Positions 57,459 to 64,000 of a DNA stretch of 64,000 nt are shown piece after piece. This DNA is from Candidatus Multivorans sp. (lineage in GTDB: Bacteria > Acidobacteriota > Thermoanaerobaculia > Multivoradales > Multivoraceae), in assembly GCA_965224025.1 (NCBI GenBank), contig OZ245033.1:832001-896000 (forward strand), given 5' to 3'. A program made the translations under genes and the position numbers. Under the pieces are notes generated by a model, which had not been told where the DNA came from, did not search any database, and saw nothing but the letters and a program-made list of their open reading frames with translations. Each line of letters opens with the position of its first letter. Within the stretch, counting starts at the first letter, position 1.

Positions 57459-58453
57459 GCCGTCGCTTCCCGTGCGCCCGAAGGCAGGCCGTTGTCGGCG
57501 ATTAGGTCACGGTAGCGGAGGCGCTTGCCATCCATGTCTTCGGCGAAGCGGTCCAGTTGCTCCGCCGTGTCGAACTCGCGGACGTTCTGCCGCCAGCCGA
57601 ACTCGTCCACGTAGCGCTGCAACTGCTTCGGCGAGAGCTTGTGGAACGTGCCTTTGTGCGAACGCTTGAGCATGGACCACAGGGACTCGATGCCATTCGT
57701 GTGGATCTTGCCGTCCACGTACTCGCCGACCGAGTGCTTGACCGTGCCACGCTCATACTCGGTCAGACCCGCGTAGGCCCCGGTGTCGTCGGTGTAGACC
57801 GTCGCGCCGGGTTCGACATGCTCCCGGACGAATGCCTGTAGGGTCTCGCCATCGGTCGAGCGAACCACGCGGGCCGCTACCTGTTTCGTCTCGCGGTCCT
57901 TCACTCCCACCACCGCCGTCTTGCCGACCGTGCCGCGACCTTCCATCGTCTTCCGCTTCTTGGCGTGCATGTTCTTCCGCAACCCGCCGATGTACGTCTC
58001 ATCGGCTTCAACCGGGCCGGGGAACAGGACGTTCGGCCCGTTCGTCTCAAACGCCGCCCGGAGACGCTGCGCCATGAACCACGCGGTCTTCTGAGTGACA
58101 CCGAGGTCGCGGTGCAGCTTCATGCTCGACATGCTCTTGAGGCTGGTCGTCAGCAGGAACGCCGCGAGCATCCACTTCTGGAAGCCGATCTTCGAGCCTT
58201 CCATGACGGTGCCGGTCTTCGCGCTGAACCGCTGGTAGCAACCCTTCTCGCGGCAGCGGTACGGCATCGACTTGTGCTTCGCACCCGTCTGGACATTGTT
58301 GGACCCGCAGGCCGGGCAGGTCGGCCCGACGGGCCAGCGGCGCTTGACGTACCATGCCTCCGCCGTCTTGTTGTCGGGGAATATCCGCATCATCTCCACC
58401 AGAGTGATGCCCTTCCGGTATGCCTTGCCGGGTGCCTTGTGCTCAGTCATCAT
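57455..58453 (-). CDS. IS1595 transposase (Zn ribbon + DDE)
   Basis: CPAC, YRC...C, VEADETY, YTDD, HTNGIESLWSMLKR. Confidence 0.95.
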   Translation of the reverse strand: MMTEHKAPGKAYRKGITLVEMMRIFPDNKTAEAWYVKRRWPVGPTCPACGSNNVQTGAKHKSMPYRCREKGCYQRFSAKTGTVMEGSKIGFQKWMLAAFLLTTSLKSMSSMKLHRDLGVTQKTAWFMAQRLRAAFETNGPNVLFPGPVEADETYIGGLRKNMHAKKRKTMEGRGTVGKTAVVGVKDRETKQVAARVVRSTDGETLQAFVREHVEPGATVYTDDTGAYAGLTEYERGTVKHSVGEYVDGKIHTNGIESLWSMLKRSHKGTFHKLSPKQLQRYVDEFGWRQNVREFDTAEQLDRFAEDMDGKRLRYRDLIADNGLPSGAREATA

Positions 58454-58460
58454 GCCCAGA

Positions 58461-58490
58461 ATCTTACAGGAGAGTGCCGGGGGAAGTCAA
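58461..58490 (-). promoter_or_regulatory. Transposase promoter containing an internal copy of the IR core
   Basis: TTGACT-18-TAAGAT-7-ATG. GAGAGTGCCG at 58470-58479 is inverted relative to the adjacent IR. Confidence 0.55.
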
Positions 58491-58575
58491 GCGCTTTCGG
58501 CACTCTCGTATATAATCCCCTTCAGAATGTAGCCATTGAGAGTGGGGTCTTCTGGAATCACCAGAACGCGCACAC

Positions 58576-59799
58576 TCACAAAGCCGCCTCCATCCACCCC
58601 TCCGTGAACAGATCGGCCACACCGCCGGCAGCGACGGCCTTGCGGAAGTCGGGAATGTCCTGCAAGGCCGTGATCGTCGCGTCGCCCTTGTCCGCGTTTC
58701 GCCGGCAGACGTAGGTTGTGGCGTACTCGGTTCTCTTGAGCCACGCGAGAACGGCCGGCGAATGAGTGGTCGCCATCACTTGTGTCGACCGGCGCGCGGC
58801 GTTCGACCGGAGAAGCTCCAGGAGCAGGCGCGTACGGCTCGCGTGAATGCCGTTCTCGATCTCCTCGATCGTCATGATCCGCGGCATGTCGGGCTGAAAG
58901 AAGGCCGCCGCGATTGCAGCGAACCGAAGCGTGCCGTCACTCAACACCGGCGCCGGAAACTCTCTGTTCCCTTCCCGCAACATGAAGAGCGGCTCGCCCA
59001 CGGCACCAGGTAAGGTGGCAACGCTGTCTACTTCCGCCGGCCGCAGCTCGCGCAGCCACTCCAGATAGCCGGCTTCCGTTTCCGGATCCGTGCAGATCGT
59101 CCTGACCAGGGCGGCGAAGTTCTCTCCGCGCTCGCCCATGCGGTCTACCTGCTGCGCCTGTGAGTAGCCTCTCAAGACGGTCGGCGCGGGGTCGATTCGC
59201 TGCGTGTTGACCAATTCGTCCGCCACCCGCGCAGCGTCCGCCCGATGCTGCGGTTCCACCCGCTTCGCCCCTTCGAACTGCCCCAGAACTGGCTGGCTCC
59301 GCTCGAACTCCAAGTGGCGGGGACGGCCAACCTTGCCGTGGTAATACTCCACTCGATGAACGGGACTCCCGATGCCGCCGCGGTCGGCATACCGGGAGTC
59401 AAAGACGGAACGGCCTGCGTACACCAGCCTCTCCTGTGCCACATGCCCCCTCCGGGGAGACACGGTCACCGAGTACCGCCATCGCCTTGTCGCCTTCCCA
59501 ACACTCAGCCTGCCGGCCGCGTCAATCGTGAAAGTCTCCGGCTGTTCGCTCCCTTCGAAACACGCCTTCGCGCTTCCGCCTCGGATTCCCTCCCAGACTT
59601 CACTGGTCGCGCTTCTTGGCTTGCCGTCGAGAATCTCGCTCACCGTGAAGCGGCTACCCACTCCCTGCAGCACGCGAAGTGCATCGAGGAAATTCGACTT
59701 TCCGCTGGCATTGGCACCAACGAACAGGTTCATTCCGCCCAACGCCACGGTCACGTCGCGAAAGCTCTTGAAGTCCCTGATGGTGATTCGGTCGATCAT
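58576..59799 (-). CDS. ABC-type (AAA_21-like) ATPase
   Basis: GANASGKS, LSDGT, IEEIENGIH, TTHSP; no TM segments. Confidence 0.92.
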   Translation of the reverse strand: MIDRITIRDFKSFRDVTVALGGMNLFVGANASGKSNFLDALRVLQGVGSRFTVSEILDGKPRSATSEVWEGIRGGSAKACFEGSEQPETFTIDAAGRLSVGKATRRWRYSVTVSPRRGHVAQERLVYAGRSVFDSRYADRGGIGSPVHRVEYYHGKVGRPRHLEFERSQPVLGQFEGAKRVEPQHRADAARVADELVNTQRIDPAPTVLRGYSQAQQVDRMGERGENFAALVRTICTDPETEAGYLEWLRELRPAEVDSVATLPGAVGEPLFMLREGNREFPAPVLSDGTLRFAAIAAAFFQPDMPRIMTIEEIENGIHASRTRLLLELLRSNAARRSTQVMATTHSPAVLAWLKRTEYATTYVCRRNADKGDATITALQDIPDFRKAVAAGGVADLFTEGWMEAAL

Positions 59800-60048
59800 G
59801 GCGTTGCCTGCCCGCTCTATCGCCGCCCGGCCGCACGCTGCCTGAGAACGGGGCTAGGCAGCGCTGGCGCCGCGCCGTCAATCAACGGACGCCACGGAGG
59901 GTAGCAGCGTTCCTCGGCGCCATGGTGCCCCCGTGACAGTCCGCAATCGTGGACTGCACCTACCACTGCTTGACCAGCGGCTGGTCCTTTGGCCCGGGCC
60001 AGCGTCACACGTTGCGAACCGCCCGAGAGCGCCCGCACTCGAGCTCCC

Positions 60049-61506
60049 TCAATACCGCGGCAACGACGGATCTACTTCCTCCGCCCAGGCATCGATTCCG
60101 CCGGCCAAGTTGTACGCCTGCTGGAAGCCGTGGTCGCGGAGGATGTGCGTGGCTCTCGTCGACCGCGGACCGTGGTGGCAGTGGACGACCCACAGGCGCG
60201 ATGGGTCGAGTTCATCGACCCGGCCCTCGAGTTCGGCGACCGGGATCAGGGTCGAGCCGTCGATCCGGCAGATCGCGTACTCCTGCGGACCCCGGACGTC
60301 GAGAATGCTGAACTCGCGGCCGTCGTTCATCCAGGACTGGACCTGGGTCGGCGTCACGTCGATCATCTCGTTTAGGGCCGGTTCCTCAGCGACGGCGGGG
60401 ATGCCGCAGAACTGCTCGTAGTCGATGAGTTCGGTCTGGGTCGGGTTCTCCGAGCAGATCGGGCAGTCCGGGTTCTTGCGCAGCTTGAGTTCGCGGAAGC
60501 TCATGCGGAGCGCATCGAATAGCACCAGACGACCGATCAGGGGATCGCCCTGGCCGATGATCAGCTTGATCACCTCGTTGGCCTGAAGGCTGCCGATGAT
60601 GCCGGGCAGCACGCCGAGGACGCCGCCTTCGGCGCATGAGGGAACGAGTCCCGGCGGCGGCGGCTCGGCGAACAGGCAGCGGTAGCAGGGGCCCCTGGCG
60701 CCCCAGAAGACGGACACCTGGCCCTCGAAGCGGAAGATGGAGCCGTAGACGTTCGGCTTGCCGAGCAGGACGCAGGCGTCGTTGACGAGATAGCGGGTCG
60801 GGAAGTTGTCCGTACCGTCAACGATCAGGTCGTAGTCTGCGAAGATCTCGAGCGCGTTGCTCGAGTCGAGCATGACCGGATGCGGCACGAGTTCGATGTG
60901 GGGGTTCACCTCGCACAGGCGCTCGACCGCGGCGTCGATCTTGGGGCGGCCCACGTCGGCGTTGCTGTAGAGCAACTGGCGGTGCAGGTTCGACTCGTCG
61001 ACGACGTCGAAGTCCACCAGGCCGAGGTGGCCGACTCCGGCGGCGGCGAGGTACATGCCGAGCGGCGAGCCGAGGCCGCCGGTGCCGATCATCAGCACCC
61101 TGGCGGCCTTGAGCTTCAACTGCCCCTCGGAGCCGACCTCGGGCATGATCAGGTGCCGGCTGTAACGGAGGATTTCCTCCGGGCTCAGCTCGGTGGCGGT
61201 CGCCTGGGCCGGGGCCGGTGGTTCCGCCACCGTGCCGCCCGCGATCGACGGGATGATCGCCAGCGTCGCGTCGCCGACGATCGTCGTCGCCTCCCGTCCC
61301 AGGTAGCGCACGTCCTCGTCGTTCAGGAACAGGTTGACGAAGGTCCGCAGCTTGCCGTCGTCGCCGAACAGGTGGGGCCGCAGCCCTTCGTACCGCGTGA
61401 CGAGCTCCTCCATCGCCTCGCCGACGGTCGCTCCGGCCACGGCAACCTCGGCGTTCTCGTCGGCGAAGCCCCGGAGGGGCGTGGGGATTTGTATGAGTAC
61501 GGTCAT
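60049..61506 (-). CDS. moeB: Ubl (MoaD/CysO-like)-E1 adenylyltransferase-rhodanese fusion (MoeZ-like)
   Basis: IIPSIAGG, RYSRHL, GTGGLG, SNLHRQ, CYRC, CPIC, CHHGPRS. Confidence 0.92.
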   Translation of the reverse strand: MTVLIQIPTPLRGFADENAEVAVAGATVGEAMEELVTRYEGLRPHLFGDDGKLRTFVNLFLNDEDVRYLGREATTIVGDATLAIIPSIAGGTVAEPPAPAQATATELSPEEILRYSRHLIMPEVGSEGQLKLKAARVLMIGTGGLGSPLGMYLAAAGVGHLGLVDFDVVDESNLHRQLLYSNADVGRPKIDAAVERLCEVNPHIELVPHPVMLDSSNALEIFADYDLIVDGTDNFPTRYLVNDACVLLGKPNVYGSIFRFEGQVSVFWGARGPCYRCLFAEPPPPGLVPSCAEGGVLGVLPGIIGSLQANEVIKLIIGQGDPLIGRLVLFDALRMSFRELKLRKNPDCPICSENPTQTELIDYEQFCGIPAVAEEPALNEMIDVTPTQVQSWMNDGREFSILDVRGPQEYAICRIDGSTLIPVAELEGRVDELDPSRLWVVHCHHGPRSTRATHILRDHGFQQAYNLAGGIDAWAEEVDPSLPRY

Positions 61507-61541
61507 CGTCAGTCTCCGTCAGACTCAGTCTTGTACGTGTT

Positions 61542-62000
61542 TCAGGGCGCACCCGTTTCGGGGCACTGGATCGGTTCTTCGTCGAAGCGGGAGCGGTCGT
61601 CACTCAGCCGCCAACTGCGCTCGTCGCTGGCGCGGCCCTCGCGCACCGAGACGATCAGGTAACTGTAGCCCGGCCAGGCATGATCGCGGTCGAAGTCGCT
61701 GGGACGCGATGGATGGTCGGGATGGGAGTGGTAGTAACCGACGACATCCAGGCCGTCCGCCCGCGCCTCCCGCTCGGTCCGCAGGATCACTTCGGGCGGG
61801 ATCAGGTAACGGTTGTGCCGGTTCTCGTCCTCACGCGTGTTCTCGGCGCCCACCAGCCTCACGACCCGGGCCGACACCGAACCGTTCCCGCCCGCGGCCT
61901 TCTCGGTGCGGCCCACCAGGATGCCGCAGCACTCCTCCGGGTAGGTGGCCTCGCCGTGGGCGCGGATGCGGGCCAGGTCGTCTGGGGACAGTTCGATCAT
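61542..62000 (-). CDS. JAMM/MPN+ (M67) metallopeptidase, Mec-like
   Basis: YPEECCG, YHSHPDHPSRPSDFD. Confidence 0.92.
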   Translation of the reverse strand: MIELSPDDLARIRAHGEATYPEECCGILVGRTEKAAGGNGSVSARVVRLVGAENTREDENRHNRYLIPPEVILRTEREARADGLDVVGYYHSHPDHPSRPSDFDRDHAWPGYSYLIVSVREGRASDERSWRLSDDRSRFDEEPIQCPETGAP

Positions 62001-62044
62001 CCTCGAGATCTCGGTGCGGTCGTTGCGTGCGCCGGTCCGGCGAC

Positions 62045-63046
62045 TCAGTCTTCGTCCCAGAACGGCTCGGACAGGTACTTGTCCGCGCCGTCGCACAGGA
62101 TGGTGACGACGACGACGCGTTCCCCGCCCTCGGCGGCGCGCTCGGCGATCCGCCGTGCCGCCACCACGTTCGCGCCGGCCGAGATGCCGACCAGCAAACC
62201 GCTCCGCCGGGCGAGCGCCTTGACCTCGGCGTACGCGTCCTCCGTGCTTACCGCCGCCTCCTCGTGGGCGATCCCCGGATCGTAGATCGCGGGCACCAGG
62301 GCGCTCGCCATGTGCTTCATTCCCTCGAGCCCGTGGAACGGTCCGTCGGGCTGCATCGAGATGAGCCGCACCTCCGGCGCCCGCTCGGCCAGGTACCTCG
62401 CCGTGCCGCAGAAGGTGCCGCTGGTTCCCAGGCCGGCGACGAAGTGGGTAAGGCGCCCCTCCGTCTGCAACCAGATCTCCGGGCCCGTGGTTTCGAAGTG
62501 GGCGCGCCAGTTGGCGGCGTTGCTGTACTGATCGACGTAGCAGAAGTCGGCCGGCGTCGCCTCGATCATCCGATGCGCCTCCCGGATCGCGCCGTCCGAG
62601 CCCTCCATCGGATCGGTGAGGACGAGCTCGGCGCCGAACGCGCCCAGGATGCGGCGGCGCTCGATCGACGCGTTCTTCGGCAGGCACAGGGTGACGCCGA
62701 CGTCCATCGCCGCACCGATCATCGCGAGGGCGATGCCCGTGTTGCCGGAGGTCGCGTCCAGGATGCGGCGGCCTTCCTCGAGCTGGCCGACATCGCGCGC
62801 CGCCAGCATCATGTGGCGCGCGGGCCGGTCCTTCACCGAGCCGCCGGGGTTCGCCATCTCCGCCTTGGCCAGCAGTTCGGAGCCCAGCGCCTGTGCCGCC
62901 GGTCCCAGCGCGTGGCTGAGGTCGAGCAGCGGCGTGTTGCCTATCAGGGACAGCAGCCGCCGGGCGGCAGCGCCCAGTTCCGCCGGAAGCGGCGGGCCGG
63001 CCAAGGGGGCGGCGGAAGCCGCGGCGAGAGGAGGTTCAGCGATCAT
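62045..63046 (-). CDS. cysM: PLP-dependent cysteine synthase (CysM-like)
   Basis: IGNTPL, NPGGSVKDR, ATSGNTG, GLGTSGT, DKYLS. Confidence 0.9.
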   Translation of the reverse strand: MIAEPPLAAASAAPLAGPPLPAELGAAARRLLSLIGNTPLLDLSHALGPAAQALGSELLAKAEMANPGGSVKDRPARHMMLAARDVGQLEEGRRILDATSGNTGIALAMIGAAMDVGVTLCLPKNASIERRRILGAFGAELVLTDPMEGSDGAIREAHRMIEATPADFCYVDQYSNAANWRAHFETTGPEIWLQTEGRLTHFVAGLGTSGTFCGTARYLAERAPEVRLISMQPDGPFHGLEGMKHMASALVPAIYDPGIAHEEAAVSTEDAYAEVKALARRSGLLVGISAGANVVAARRIAERAAEGGERVVVVTILCDGADKYLSEPFWDED

Positions 63047-63099
63047 TCTGTGGGCACCCGGTCGCGGCTCCAGCACAGGCGGTGGAGCGGCGACCGCGA

Positions 63100-63124
63100 A
63101 TTGTTGACCAGAATACTCACATTT
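63100..63124. promoter_or_regulatory. Candidate Rrf2-family (IscR/CymR-like) operator
   Basis: AT-rich ATTGTTGACCAGAATACTCACATTT in the divergent intergenic region. Confidence 0.45.
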
Positions 63125-63174
63125 GACAACCGGTAGCCTGCACACGACGCCGCGACCCGGTATTCTCCGCCGCG

Positions 63175-63801
63175 ATGAACGACTCTCCGCACAGCGGCGA
63201 CGACCGCGTGCCCCCCGGCCAGTACGTCACGAAGAAGTGGCCCGTGCTGTCTGTCGGCGACACGCCGGAGGTGGACACGGCCGGGTTCGGGATGCGCCTG
63301 TTCGGCCGTCTCGAAGCGGAGCACTCCTTCGACTGGCAGACGCTCCAGGCGCTGCCGCGCCGGGAAGTCGTCGCCGACTTCCACTGCGTGACCCGCTTCT
63401 CGACCCTGGACAACCCGTGGTCCGGGTTCTCGACCAGGGACGTTCTGGCCGCCGTGCAGCCCACCGCAGGCGCCACCAATGCCATGATCCACTGCTACGG
63501 CGGCTACACGACGAACCTGCCGCTTAAGGACCTGCTCTCCGAGCACGCGCTGTTCGCCGACCGCCACGGCGGCGAACCGCTGGCGCCCGGCCACGGCGGT
63601 CCACTGCGCCTGGTGGTGCCCCATCTCTACGCTTGGAAGAGCGCCAAGTGGGTCTCCGGCATCGAGTTGCTGAACGCCGACGAGCGGGGCTTCTGGGAGG
63701 AGAACGGGTACCACACGTACGGCGATCCTTGGGCGGAGCAGCGCTTCTCGTCGCAGGAGACGCGGGAAGCGTGGCAGGTGCGGCGGGCGGTGGGGGGCTG
63801 A
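63175..63801 (+). CDS. Sulfite-oxidase-family molybdopterin-binding oxidoreductase
   Basis: PPGQ, DFHCVT, HGGPLRLVVPHLYAWKSAKW, GFWE. Confidence 0.9.
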   Translation: MNDSPHSGDDRVPPGQYVTKKWPVLSVGDTPEVDTAGFGMRLFGRLEAEHSFDWQTLQALPRREVVADFHCVTRFSTLDNPWSGFSTRDVLAAVQPTAGATNAMIHCYGGYTTNLPLKDLLSEHALFADRHGGEPLAPGHGGPLRLVVPHLYAWKSAKWVSGIELLNADERGFWEENGYHTYGDPWAEQRFSSQETREAWQVRRAVGG

Positions 63802-64000
63802 GAATTCGCGCTCGCCGCTTCGCGGCGGAGCGCCGGATGCGGACCAGAAGGTCCGCGCACCCAGAGAAGGTCGACGGCTTGGCGAAGCGCTCTACGCAAC
63901 TGGTGGGTCGTCGTGCAGGCACCGGATGCGGACCAGAACCCGGGTCAGTCGCCTTCGAGGAGTGCCTCGAGCGACGCGCGGATGCGGTCCCGGTCGCCCG

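Larger units (their letters stand above)
55933..58520 (-). mobile_element. IS1595-family transposon with passenger genes, 2588 bp
   Basis: Perfect 23-bp IR GGGGATTATATACGAGAGTGCCG; 8-bp target duplication TTCAGAAT at 55925-55932 and 58521-58528. Confidence 0.97.
55414..58579 (-). pseudogene. TOPRIM-like (DUF4276-like) partner of ABC ATPase, split by IS1595
   Basis: Removing the IS and one target copy gives in-frame MSVRVLVIPEDPTLNGYILK|PLVEMIL...FFPDADR...EPEVE. Its GTG overlaps the ATPase stop. Confidence 0.8.

Noticed and set aside
62001-62687. N-terminal extension of the 381-aa JAMM ORF
   Set aside because: It is a shadow frame of cysM. The JAMM domain starts at 62000.
63833-63938. 17-bp direct repeat CCGGATGCGGACCAGAA
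   Set aside because: Only two copies at the window edge, probably within a low-complexity tail of a minus-strand gene; insufficient for an array call.
1-64000. CRISPR array, rRNA, tRNA, reverse transcriptase or integrase
   Set aside because: No repeat-spacer periodicity, recognisable structural RNA gene, or RT/tyrosine-recombinase motifs were seen by eye.

Overview
GC-rich bacterial window. Gene content (carboxypeptidase-regulatory-domain TonB receptors, a wHTH-TM-beta-propeller regulator, PSD1/DUF1501 genes, sulfatases) suggests Acidobacteriota, possibly host-associated; this is inference. (1) 1-16.3 kb is accessory: an IS3-split TonB receptor, an internally deleted IS1634, two sulfatases, a Shedu nuclease and toxin-antitoxin (TA) remnants. 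(2) 16.4-35.4 kb is an apparently intact peptide-utilization locus: a CadC/ToxR-like one-component regulator, a TonB receptor and seven exported hydrolases. Its three promoters share a conserved operator of exactly 11-bp-phased repeats, the strongest novel signal here. The N- and C-terminal remnants of a VapC toxin gene bracket this locus. (3) 35.5-51.1 kb holds a Tat glycoside hydrolase, TA loci, a PSD1-DUF1501-SSS operon and many deletion-fused pseudogene fragments. (4) 51.2-64 kb holds a second IS3 and a sulfur-carrier/Moco cluster (MoaD-MoaE fusion, Ubl-MoeZ fusion, JAMM, CysM). Inside that cluster is an ABC-ATPase/TOPRIM-like pair split by an IS1595 carrying methyltransferase-HNH cargo. 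No rRNA, tRNA or CRISPR array was seen. All family calls come from motif recognition by eye, not from database searches.
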